Origin: Myxococcota bacterium
GTDB taxonomy: Bacteria; Myxococcota_A; UBA796; GCA-2862545
DNA: 21,756 bases
Assembly: GCA_039208735.1 (NCBI GenBank)
Contig: JBCCQY010000162.1
Span: 1 to 21,756, forward strand
Direction: 5' to 3'
Position numbers and translations under genes: made by a program. The notes beneath the pieces are model-generated. The model searched no databases. It saw only the letters and a list, made by a program, of their open reading frames with translations, and was not told where the DNA came from. Shown here one piece after another: positions 9,900 through 18,528 of the stretch; position 1 is the first letter of the stretch; every line of letters begins with the position of its first letter.

Positions 9900-10405
9900 G
9901 CGGAAGCCGCACTGGCGGCACCAGCCGCGTGCGTCAGTCGGCATGATCATGCGTCCGAGCCGTTCCTGCTGCCCGGCGCGATGTGCGACAACGGCCTGCT
10001 GGTCCGGGTGCCTCGTCGACAAGTTCGTCGACGGGATGCAGCTGAACCGGCAGTCCGAACGGTTCGGCCGCGAGGGGTGTCGCTCGGGACCAACGTGCTG
10101 TCGGGGTGGGTCGGCCAGTCGTTCCGCGAGGCGCGACCGCTGTTCGCCGCGCTGATGGCTCAGGTCGCCCAAGCTGACGTGATGCAGGGCGATGACTCGG
10201 GCCTCCCGGTCCAGGACGGCACCGACGGCAAGGTTACCCACGGCCGGATCTGGGTCGTGAGCGACCGCCGCCAGGCCTTCTTCGCGTTCTCGCGAACCAA
10301 GGAGGGGAGCACCCTGCAGAGCTCTTCGCCGAGCTCGGCATCCAGGGACGGCGCTTCGTCGCCGACGGGGGCTCCGAGTACGACCTGGCCGAACGGAGCC
10401 TGCAG
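9900..10405 (+). pseudogene. IS66-family TnpC transposase internal fragment (frameshifted)
   Basis: LVDKFVDGMQLNRQSERFGREG / VSLGTNVLSGWV…PLFAAL…MQGDDSGLPVQD..GK..GRIW…F.FSRTKEG / EHPAELF…FVADGGSEY are IS66 TnpC motifs spread across frames. Confidence 0.8.
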
Positions 10406-10611
10406 CTGAACCGCGGAGGATCCCAGGGCGAGCGAACCGTGACCGCTGCGGCCCCGATCGTCCGCACCGGCCCGGTGTCGTGAGCGTCGACGTGCGGGCG
10501 ATTCCGCAGAGTCGCGTGACATTCGTCGGTCGCCGGTATGATCGGAAGAACGATCACTATGGTGGCCGGGGTTGCATTGCACGAGGATCCAGGCCGTGAT
10601 CTCGTCGGGAC

Positions 10612-10900
10612 ATGGAGAATTCGAACGAACGGCTGGATGAGGCGGTCGCGCACTTCCGCGAGTGTCTTGTGGCGGCGGTGGGCGCCGCGCACGAGGCCCG
10701 GAGCGCCGTGGCGTTCACAGAGGCGGAGCGCGAGCTGGTGAGGCTGGCGAGGCAGATGGCGACGAAGCTGACGCAGCGTGGCTGCAGCAGATCTCCGACG
10801 ACGAGCAACGGCGGCAGGGGGCGCTGGAGTGGGCGCGGGCGAAGGCCGCGGAGCGCAGGGTCGAGGTGCGCTCGATGGGCGTTCGGGAGACGCCCATACC
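10612..10900 (+). pseudogene. Truncated, frameshifted ORF, possibly a transposase N-terminus (ISKra4/ISLre2-like)
   Basis: MENSNERLDEAVAHFRECL…FTEAERELVRLARQMATKL, continuing in another frame as AAWLQQISDDEQRRQGALEWAR…SMGVRETPI; it stops at the 10904 repeat. Family guess is weak. Confidence 0.3.
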
Positions 10901-10903
10901 GAG

Positions 10904-10954
10904 TCCCATGCAACAGGAGGTCAGACCTGGAAGTCGTCAGCCCGTGACGGGTCA
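10904..10954 (+). repeat. 51-bp imperfect direct repeat A (pairs with 13020-13070)
   Basis: tcccatgcaacaggaggtcagacctggaagtcgtcagcccgtgacgggtca versus tcccatgcaacggaaagtcagacctggaaccgtcatcccgtgaccgggtca. Confidence 0.85.
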
Positions 10955-10976
10955 TGATCCCGCCCAGGATCTAGCA

Positions 10977-10994
10977 CTTAATTTGGATGAATCA
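10977..10994. repeat. 18-bp inverted repeat arm CTTAATTTGGATGAATCA (pairs with 3497-3514)
   Basis: Reverse complement TGATTCATCCAAATTAAG matches 3497-3514 at 16/18. Confidence 0.6.
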
Positions 10995-11053
10995 GCTTTT
11001 ACTCGTAGTTCGACGTGCGATACCCGATGTGCGCAATCACGCGGAGGAGCGGC

Positions 11054-12895
11054 ATGATCGGATTCAGCACCAGCCCCTGGTTCCAACCCCTCATTGAACC
11101 GGCCCGAGCAACCTTTCTGCTGTGCGTCGTCACGGCATGCTTGAGCGGCCGCGCTGTGGAGGTCGAATCGCCGATCGACGGAGTTCCCGAGTCGTGTGGC
11201 GATGGCGTGCTCGACGATGGAGAGGACTGCGATGACGGCAGCGAGAGCGCGGCCTGTGACCTCGACTGTACGTTTTCCGACTGTGGGGATGCAATTCTGA
11301 ACGTGACCGCAGGGGAGCTCTGCGACGACGGCGGCAACTCGCCGACTTGCGACGACGACTGCACGGTCGCCGAGTGCGGCGACGGGTTCGCCAACCCGGC
11401 CGCGGGCGAGGACTGCGACGACACCGAACAAACCGCCGCCTGCGATGCGGACTGCACGGTGGTCGAGTGTGGTGACGACACGCTCAACGAGCTGGCGGGC
11501 GAGGCCTGCGATGACGGGAACGGGCTCGGCGGCGACGGCTGCTCGGCCTTGTGCACGCTGCCCGTGGGGGTGGCCGCCGCTCAGGCCGATGTGGATATCG
11601 AGCTCGGCATCTCCGTGCAGTTCGAGAGCAGCTCGCTGTCGGGCGACTTCAACGGGGACGGGCTCGCCGACGTGCTCCTCGGCGACACCACCAACGATGA
11701 CGGAGGCATCCGGGCCGGAGCGGTCTACGTCTTCTTCGGGTCGGCCGCTTCGGACCCGGTGTTCGATCTGGACCGTGTCGATGTCACGTTCGTCGGGGAA
11801 GACCTCGGGGACGGCGCGGGGTCGAGCGTGGCGAATGCAGGCGACGTCAACGGTGACGGAATCGACGATCTCCTCGTCGCCGCACCCTTCCGGTCTAGCT
11901 CCACCGGAGCGGCCTACCTGGTCTACGGTGGCCCCACGCTGACGGGGTCTGTGGATCTGTCGGACGCCGCGGCGCGCTTCGTCGGAGCGGCCACGGGCGA
12001 CCGGCTGGGCAACGTGGCGGGAGCGGGAGACTTCGACGGCGATGGCTTCGACGACATCCTCCTGAGCGCCCAAGACAGCGACGCGGGCGGCGACGGCTCG
12101 GGGGCCGCCTACGTCGTGTACGGTGGCGGCTTCCTCACGGGAACGCTGAACCTCGTGAACGCTGACCTCGAGATCGTAGGCGAAAATGCCGGCGACGAAG
12201 TGCAAGCCGTGAGTTCGGCGGGCGATGTCAACGGCGACGGGATCGATGACCTGCTCGTCGGCGCGAACCGGAACGACGAAGGGGGAGGCGACGCAGGCGC
12301 AGCCTACGTGATCTTCGGATCGCCCACCCGACGGACGGGCTCACTGGACCTGGCGGACGCCGACGTGAAGCTCGTGGGCCAGTCGACCTTTGACAGGGCA
12401 GGGAGTTCGGTGGCCGGGGTCGGTGACGTCGACGCCGATGGCTTCGACGACATCCTGGTGGGCGCGCCGAGCACGGACTTCGGCAACGGCGGTACCGGCA
12501 CGGCCTATCTGATCTACGGATCGGCCGCGCTGACCGGGGCGATCAACCTCTTCGCGAGCGACACCAAGCTCGTGGGAGAGGCCGCAGGGGACGACGCCGG
12601 GCGAATCTTGGCCGGAGCGGGCGACGTGAACGGGGACGGCTTCGCCGACATCCTGATCCATGCCCGGGGCAATGACGAGGGGGGCTCGGAGGCCTCGGCC
12701 GCCTACCTGATCCACGGACCCGTCGCGACCGGGACCCTGGACCTCGCCGATGCCGACGTCAAGATCATCGGGGACGAGACCATCTTCGGCGGCGGCATCC
12801 TCGCCGGGGGTGGCGACTTCGACGGAGACGGGCTCGACGACTTCATGGCGGGCTTCGGACCGCAGGATGCACGGCTGTACCTGAGCCAGCCGTGA
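11054..12895 (+). CDS. Exported, possibly lipid-anchored protein: 4 Cys-rich repeats plus a 7-bladed FG-GAP beta-propeller, copy 2
   Basis: ATG at 11054 after GGAGGAG; colinear paralog of 1601..3436 with the same signal region, four Cys repeats and seven DxxGDG-type loops. Confidence 0.9.
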   Translation: MIGFSTSPWFQPLIEPARATFLLCVVTACLSGRAVEVESPIDGVPESCGDGVLDDGEDCDDGSESAACDLDCTFSDCGDAILNVTAGELCDDGGNSPTCDDDCTVAECGDGFANPAAGEDCDDTEQTAACDADCTVVECGDDTLNELAGEACDDGNGLGGDGCSALCTLPVGVAAAQADVDIELGISVQFESSSLSGDFNGDGLADVLLGDTTNDDGGIRAGAVYVFFGSAASDPVFDLDRVDVTFVGEDLGDGAGSSVANAGDVNGDGIDDLLVAAPFRSSSTGAAYLVYGGPTLTGSVDLSDAAARFVGAATGDRLGNVAGAGDFDGDGFDDILLSAQDSDAGGDGSGAAYVVYGGGFLTGTLNLVNADLEIVGENAGDEVQAVSSAGDVNGDGIDDLLVGANRNDEGGGDAGAAYVIFGSPTRRTGSLDLADADVKLVGQSTFDRAGSSVAGVGDVDADGFDDILVGAPSTDFGNGGTGTAYLIYGSAALTGAINLFASDTKLVGEAAGDDAGRILAGAGDVNGDGFADILIHARGNDEGGSEASAAYLIHGPVATGTLDLADADVKIIGDETIFGGGILAGGGDFDGDGLDDFMAGFGPQDARLYLSQP

Positions 12896-12899
12896 CCGA

Positions 12900-13070
12900 A
12901 CCCGCCTATCGAACAACGCCGCCAACGCCTCCTTGACGTCGGCGGGCGACGCCCTTCCAGCTGGCCATCCTTGGCGCGCCTCCACCCGTTGACCTTCATG
13001 CGGCCAGCTCCGCACTTAATCCCATGCAACGGAAAGTCAGACCTGGAACCGTCATCCCGTGACCGGGTCA
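12900..13070 (-). mobile_element. Direct repeat B (13020-13070) plus a short truncated ORF start; possible IS4-like left-end remnant
   Basis: On the minus strand repeat B is followed by ATTAAGTGC, GGAG (13008-13011) and ATG at 12999: MKVNGWRRAKDGQLEG, frameshift, SPADVKEALAALFDR, ending at the FG-GAP stop. The IS4 assignment is tentative. Confidence 0.4.
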
Positions 13071-13246
13071 AATGCGCCATCCGGAGCGTTCGAACGAAAT
13101 CATCTTCATGAGCCGTTTTCGACGGTTGACGAAAAAGTAGAGATGACCATCCAGCGGGTCCTGAGCCAGTCTCCGAACATGCCCCACCAAGGCGTCGAAG
13201 GAGCCTTGCATGTCCACGGGCTCCAACGCCACGAAGATGCGTGAAT
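13068..13246 (-). pseudogene. IS66 accessory protein TnpB (orf2) fragment
   Basis: RIFVALEPVDMQGSFDALVGHVRRLAQDPLDGHLYFFVNRRKRLMKMISFERSGW matches the IS66 TnpB pattern PVDMR..FDGL…DP..G.L..F.NRR…K.L. Confidence 0.85.
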
Positions 13247-14102
13247 TCGCGTCCCCGAGGTCGAGGTACCGCTCCCCGGCCGCCCCATCACGCCGCACGT
13301 AGGACACCGTCCGCTCGACCTTCGGCTTGTCCTTCGGACACCGCACGCGCGCTTGGTCCATCACGAACCCACGCGCCTGGGCGTACTCAGCGAAGCCTTC
13401 GTGGAAGACGGGCGACAGCGGATCGGCCTTGATCACGATCGGCTTCGGGTTGTCGGCCACGACGACGGGGAACACGCCGCCGAAGAACGCCCACGCGGCC
13501 TCGAGGCCCTCGATCACGTCCTCAGCCGTGGTCGTCAGGCACGGCCATACGAACGTGTGTCGGCTGTACGCCGCCACCGCGATGAGCGCGTACAGCTTGC
13601 GTTCCTCGCCGTCGTGCACGAGTCGCCCGAGCTCCATGAAGTCGATCTCCAGCACCTGCCCCGGCGGCGGCTCCACGATGCGCACCGTCGACGTGTCCAG
13701 CCCGGCCTTGCCGAGCTCCTCGGCGAGGAAGCGCCGCATCGTGCGGATGGGCACCTTCACCCCCGTCTGCCGCTGCAGCAGGCGCACCAGCTTCGGCCCC
13801 TGGCAGCCCTCCGACCGCCACTTCAACAGCAAATCGCGGTGGTCTCGACACAGCTGCCGCATCCCGCCGATCTTCGGCGGAGCACCCGGCGACACCTCGG
13901 CAACCACCGTGCCGACGAGTTCGTCGGACACGACCGCGTCGCCGCCGCGGGCAAAGCCATGCCGCTGTGCGGCCTCGACGTACCGCCACACCGTCTTGCG
14001 GTCGATGCCGACCGCGTCAGCCACCTTCCGGTAGCTGTCGCCACGTTGCCACCGACGCAGGAGTTCTCGGATCTCGATCACGGACATCTCTCGAAATGCC
14101 AC
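13247..14102 (-). pseudogene. istA: IS21-family transposase IstA, 3'-truncated, in frame with the IS66 tnpB fragment
   Basis: GTG at 14102: AFREMSVIEIRELLRRWQRG.S.RKVA..VGIDRKTV.RYV HTH; PPGQVLEIDF; YSRHTF; EAAWAFFGGV..VVV.DN.K; RVRCPKDKPKVER. No C-terminal domain and no istB. Confidence 0.9.
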
Positions 14103-14154
14103 CTCGCCCCAGTCCAACTGCGAGCAGGTGTCCCACGCGGGGAGGCCAGAGCTT

Positions 14155-14237
14155 GGTCCCATGATCGTGGCTGGCGGCTGGTCCCTAGTTCGTGGCCGGA
14201 GCGGGATTTCGTGGTCCCTTTAGGCTGGCCGCCGACA
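14155..14237 (-). mobile_element. IS21 left end (TGT start) with three internal direct repeats
   Basis: Minus strand begins TGTCGGCGGCCAG at 14237; repeats GCCAGCCTAAAGGGACCA, GCCACGAACTAGGGACCA and GCCACGATCATGGGACCA. Multiple transposase-binding repeats are characteristic of IS21 ends. Confidence 0.85.
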
Positions 14238-14565
14238 TATCGGTTCACCGACGCCTCCCCACCCCGAACCTCTCGGCAATACTGTAACCGCGTACGAACC
14301 TTCACCGTTCTCGTACGCCGTGATGACCCGCTCTCGAGGCTCCACCGGATGCGGTGCTGGCATGCTCCCTCCGTATCTATCGAGAGATCACACGTCAGCA
14401 GGCCTTACACTGTCCGAGAACCGAGATTCGGTGATCAACCTCGGACCACGCCACTGTATGTATTCATTTCGGGCTCTACCCTCGCAAGTGCGAGCGTTTC
14501 CGTTGAAGCGGGCTACCGTAGGCAGAGGCGCGGCGGGTTCTCTGCCTGGGAAACTGCAGGCCGCG

Positions 14566-15591
14566 CTACCAAGCTGTGCCGAGCGGTCGCGTGCGTCCGT
14601 CCAGGAAGAACGAAAGGTTTGCTCCCCACGTATGGGGACCCACGCGGCCGACAGACAATTGCGGTTGACGTAGCTCCTTGCGAATTCCTACGCCGACGAC
14701 CGCCGAACCGACGACCATTCCACCCAAGCCTCCCCAGAAGGCTATGGACGTGCCGCTGGGGCAGTCGAAGTTGCCGTCGCCGTTGGCATCTGGAAGGTCA
14801 CAGAGCGAACCGCGATTGAAGAAGACAGCACTCGACAGGACAACTCCGCCCAAAAACGTTGCTCCGCCCAGAACTGTTCGAGTCGGAAAGGGGCGACTGG
14901 GTGCTGCTACATCTGCTGTCGACACCAAGTCGTTGTCGATTGTCGCTCGCGACTGCTCCACTAGGGCAGTGGTGGGTTGGACGGCCACTTTCGTTGGGTC
15001 GTCTTCGGAAGACTCACCACCTGTGCCGCTAGCCGCTAAAGAATCCGCGTCGACCGGTGCAACGATGAGACGAGTCTCCACGATCGTTCCGTCTGGAGCA
15101 ACCCGCTGAAGCATATAGGGTCCGAGAGTCGGCGCGCTTGCGGACGGCCGGCCATTCACGAACCACAAGCCCGTCTCGAGTGTGGGCAGCGGAGTCGAGC
15201 CTCCCGCCTCTCTGGCCCTGGACCACTGAACGGCCAACGGATGCTGTTCGTGCGGAGCGAGTTCAGGATCGAGAGATAGGGTTGGAGCAGCCGCCCGCGC
15301 AGAGAGAAACCAAAGCGCCGCATCTTCGACTTCGCCCGAGAAGAACGTAATCAACCCATGAGAGAGTAGGATCTCTGCGGCTGAAGATGGTGTCAGAGGC
15401 TCTCCGAGGCAATAAAGAGAGTTGGCCATATCGTCATTGGCCCGGCGGGCGCGGATAACCGCGCCGTTGTCCTCAATGAGGAAGTCCTGGACTCTGCGAG
15501 CCGCCAGCTCGATCTCGTTGGTAGTGAGAGGGCGGGGACAGTTGGGGGCGTCACCGGCCCAACTCCATCCGATCGCCAAGACGATGATCAT
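14566..15591 (-). CDS. Exported/membrane hypothetical protein (helical TPR-like N-terminal part, C-terminal hydrophobic segments), coupled to the kinase
   Basis: ATG at 15591 overlaps the kinase stop (ATGA), with GAGGA upstream. Short signal MIIVLAIGWSWA; G.ITFFSGEVEDAALWFLSARAAAP helical motif; two Gly-rich hydrophobic stretches (VLGGATFLGGVVLSSAVFF; IAFWGGLGGMVVGSAVVGVGI). Confidence 0.75.
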   Translation of the reverse strand: MIIVLAIGWSWAGDAPNCPRPLTTNEIELAARRVQDFLIEDNGAVIRARRANDDMANSLYCLGEPLTPSSAAEILLSHGLITFFSGEVEDAALWFLSARAAAPTLSLDPELAPHEQHPLAVQWSRAREAGGSTPLPTLETGLWFVNGRPSASAPTLGPYMLQRVAPDGTIVETRLIVAPVDADSLAASGTGGESSEDDPTKVAVQPTTALVEQSRATIDNDLVSTADVAAPSRPFPTRTVLGGATFLGGVVLSSAVFFNRGSLCDLPDANGDGNFDCPSGTSIAFWGGLGGMVVGSAVVGVGIRKELRQPQLSVGRVGPHTWGANLSFFLDGRTRPLGTAW

Positions 15592-17144
15592 GGTTGGTGT
15601 TCCTCGGTCCGATACACGCACAGTTGCGTGCCCGGGCTGCAGATGATGTTGGTGAGTGTGCTCTCCGCTACGTTGAGGAGCCGAGGGTAGCGGAATTTGG
15701 TCCCGTCGAAGTCGACCCAAACCTCACAGACCCCAACCGGAATGCTACCCGGGATCCGGTAGGATACGCCGTTGCACTCGAGATGCACAGTTGCACCTTC
15801 AGCTCCGACCTTGCCCGAGAGCCTGCCCGATGATGACACAGCCTTGGGCCGCGATGGCGAGGTTTCGACATCGATCGTCGCTGGAGGCAATGGACTCTCG
15901 AGCTCGGACTGGGAAGGGGGTACGATCCAATCGGACACCGAGTCGTCAGCACCTCGTTCGTCGGGACGTGGAGAAGAAGGCTCGCGATGAGCGCCGAAGC
16001 CCAGGATCGCTACAAACCCGAAACCGAAGGCTAGAGCCACCCCCAAGGTCGTGAGAGGCTGCCAGACCAAGGAGTACGATGGATACCAAGCCGAGGTGGC
16101 TTCGGAATGCCCGGTCTCCTCTAGCGGGATCACCGTTGGTTGAATCTGCGCTTCGACAGGCTCTGGAGTAGGCGCAAACTCCATGGTGAAACGAAGAACG
16201 CTCGAGCGACTTTGCGTTGCGCCGCTCCACAACTCCAACATCTCTGCACACGTCTGTAGTCGATCATTCGGATCCTGCCTCAGAGCACCCTCGATCGCCA
16301 AGACCATGCGATCCGGAACGTCCGGAACCAAGTCTCTCAAAGGCACAGGCTTGGCTTGCTCGACCGCCGACCAAACTTCGAAAACCGTAGCTCCGCTGAA
16401 TGCAACCTGACGGGCCAGCATCTCGTAGAGCAAGGCACCAAGTGCCCAAATGTCCGTTCGTGCGTCGACTCGCTTGCCATCGCGAACCTGTTCGGGTGAC
16501 ATGTAGTAGGGCGTGCCCATGACCGTACCGGTCGCAGTTCGTCGGTCGAAAGCGAGGTGAACGGCAAGTCCGAAGTCGGTGACCAATGGTGTCACCAGAC
16601 CATCTTCGCCCTTGGCGAGTAGAACGTTCTCGGGTTTGAGGTCTCGGTGGACGAGCCCACGGTCGTGAGCCGCACTGACGGCAGACAGTATCGCCCTGCC
16701 GATGTTATCGGCTTGTCGGAGCGGCACGGGCTGCCTCGCGATGACGGCGGCTAGATCTGGACCGTCGATAAAGTCCATAATCAGTGCAGGTGCCCCTCTG
16801 CAGGTAACGACGTCTGTCACCCTCACGACATGAGGATGCATCAACGACGCCTGCAGCCGTCCTTCGCGGAGGATTCGTTCACAGGCGGCTCCGTGGGCGT
16901 TCGTGACCACCTTGAGAGCGTGCCAAGTATCGAGATGCAGATGGCGCACGCGATACACGACAGCTTGACCTCCACTGCCGAGAACGTCGAGCACTTCGTA
17001 CCGCTGGTCAACGATCGTGCCAGGTGCGAGGCGTATGCCTTCGAACTTCTGTTCGTCTGCGTCACGACGGCTGCCGTCGCCGTCAGGCCACCACGAGATG
17101 GTTTCAATCGGTGCCTTCTCGGCAGATGGGACGTCTTCCTTCAC
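15588..17144 (-). CDS. Membrane-anchored Hanks-type Ser/Thr protein kinase
   Basis: LGSGGQAVVY, ALK, HRDLKPEN, DFG, GTPYYMSPE, DIWALG; TM LGVALAFGFGFVAILGFG; small Cys-containing C-terminal domain. Probable GTG start at 17144 overlaps the upstream ORF stop (the ORF track starts at 17228). Confidence 0.92.
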   Translation of the reverse strand: MKEDVPSAEKAPIETISWWPDGDGSRRDADEQKFEGIRLAPGTIVDQRYEVLDVLGSGGQAVVYRVRHLHLDTWHALKVVTNAHGAACERILREGRLQASLMHPHVVRVTDVVTCRGAPALIMDFIDGPDLAAVIARQPVPLRQADNIGRAILSAVSAAHDRGLVHRDLKPENVLLAKGEDGLVTPLVTDFGLAVHLAFDRRTATGTVMGTPYYMSPEQVRDGKRVDARTDIWALGALLYEMLARQVAFSGATVFEVWSAVEQAKPVPLRDLVPDVPDRMVLAIEGALRQDPNDRLQTCAEMLELWSGATQSRSSVLRFTMEFAPTPEPVEAQIQPTVIPLEETGHSEATSAWYPSYSLVWQPLTTLGVALAFGFGFVAILGFGAHREPSSPRPDERGADDSVSDWIVPPSQSELESPLPPATIDVETSPSRPKAVSSSGRLSGKVGAEGATVHLECNGVSYRIPGSIPVGVCEVWVDFDGTKFRYPRLLNVAESTLTNIICSPGTQLCVYRTEEHQP

Positions 17145-17726
17145 GGCTTGCAGGCGGTCGCGGTGTTCTTGTCGTCGTGAGGTGGACCGACCAAGATGTC
17201 TTCGAGATCGTGCCCATCGATGTCCCACCGAGACCGTACCAAAGCGCCAGGATCGTCGACGACGGGTCTTTGGCGCTGCACTCCTTTCTCGTGATGACCA
17301 GCCGCGCCCCTCACCGAGCCTTCGTCATGTTGTTCGTCGTCCTCGAGCAAGCCGCTGTCGTAAACAGGAGATCTCGCTAGGCTTCCAGGCAACGATCCCA
17401 GACCTGACACAGGAAGCAGTGACCAAACAAAAGGTCGGCAGAGACCTACTCTCCTGTTCCGGGCATAGTGCATGCGACTCTCCGTGAGCGTCGCCGATCT
17501 AGTGCACCCCGTCGCTCAACGAGAATGAATGCTGCTTAATCCTCGCGTCATACGAGAGGGCCCATGCCGAAATGTAGTTGCGACCGACGTCCAAGGAACT
17601 CTCGACCGGTTGCTGACATGGTTGTGAGGACGGTCGGCACGGATCCGGCCGCGGCGAACCCCGCTTCACCTCTAGCGTCGTTACGAACATAACCAACCTA
17701 TCTCCGGCGTCCTCATCGCACTCTTC

Positions 17727-18001
17727 AGCCACGTTTGCGGTGGGAGTCAGCCGGTAGCCACGTTGGCGCTGAGGACAAGCTCCCGGAGTCCGAGCTCGCG
17801 AAGCTTCGCCAGGTTCACGCGGACCTGATTGTGAGCCGACTGAAGGGTCACTTGTTCGTGGTGCCATCCTGCAGCGGACAGTCCATTGGTATCAACAGTG
17901 CTGCCGGTTTCCGCAGTAATCACCAACGCAAGGAACATTCGACAGAGTGAGCCATGGCGGATCAGATCCACCCGTACCCCTCTGCCCCGGTTTCCAAACC
18001 A
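17727..18001 (-). pseudogene. Remnant of a paralog of the STAND regulator's C-terminal winged-helix domain
   Basis: RVDLIRHGSLCRMFLALVITAETGSTVDTNGLSAAGWHHEQVTLQSAHNQVRVNLAKLRELGLRELVLSAN/GYRL aligns with 6725-6997 (RVNLSRHASLCRMFHALVNTAETGGVIDVDGLFGAGWPHEQVALQSAHNRVHVNLVKLRNLGLRDLILRANGGYQL); 1-nt frameshift near 17760. Confidence 0.88.
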
Positions 18002-18046
18002 CATGAATCACTCGCCTGGTGAAGGAAACGCTCCCGTGTCTCCGAG

Positions 18047-18405
18047 GGCTTCTTCTCGGCTTTGAAACAACTCCATGGACAAGCGCTCGTCACGGAACTT
18101 CCCGTTGAACGACTCGTTGCCTACATTCTGCCAGGGCTTCCCCGTTTCGATGTACCCGGTCTGGATCTGCGCCCCGCTGAGCCATCGACGACGGCCGTCG
18201 GCGTCGGTCGTGGACGAAGTCTTAGGCCCAGACGTCGTTCGACTCTTCCGGCCGGCCGCGGTCGTGGCCGCGACCTCGACAGCCGCTTCCGAGGGCGTTT
18301 GCGTGGCACCTGGAGCCCGGCCCGAGTCCACTAGCCGGTAAGGCCCGCCCCACGCTCATCGCGTAGCCCTCCCGCACCAGGAACACGCGGGTCCGCCGAT
18401 AGCCT
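18047..18405 (-). pseudogene. IS3-family OrfB transposase remnant (internal deletion, stop, frameshifts)
   Basis: GYRRTRVFLVREGYAMS..RA; PRKRPRKR; NDVWA*DFVHD; then YIETGKPWQNVGNESFNGKFRDERLS.ELFQSREEA, the IS3 integrase-core motif. Confidence 0.85.
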
Positions 18406-18528
18406 GTCGAGCAGGAGGCCGGTCAGGAATGCGGCCGCATGGCTACTCGTCGTCTCCACCGTTTCTGGTCACCGCCCTCGGGGTCCCAGGTGCCGGACGG
18501 GCGATCCCACCGCCGCGCGATTCCAGCT

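Noticed and set aside
10904..10982. Integron attC site
   Set aside because: It is hairpin-like but lacks a matching RYYYAAC/GTTRRRY pair, and no integron integrase is present.
1601..12895. Diversity-generating retroelement (template/variable repeat) behind the FG-GAP variation
   Set aside because: Differences are not adenine-restricted (e.g. GAT vs CGG), both copies are full genes, and no reverse transcriptase is present in the window.
13068..13246. TnpB as an RNA-guided nuclease (IS200/IS605, Cas12 ancestor)
   Set aside because: This is the unrelated IS66 accessory TnpB; there are no RuvC or zinc-finger motifs.
14155..14237. Mini-CRISPR (three short spaced repeats)
   Set aside because: The repeats are ~18 bp and degenerate with very short spacers, inside an IS21 end; no cas genes.
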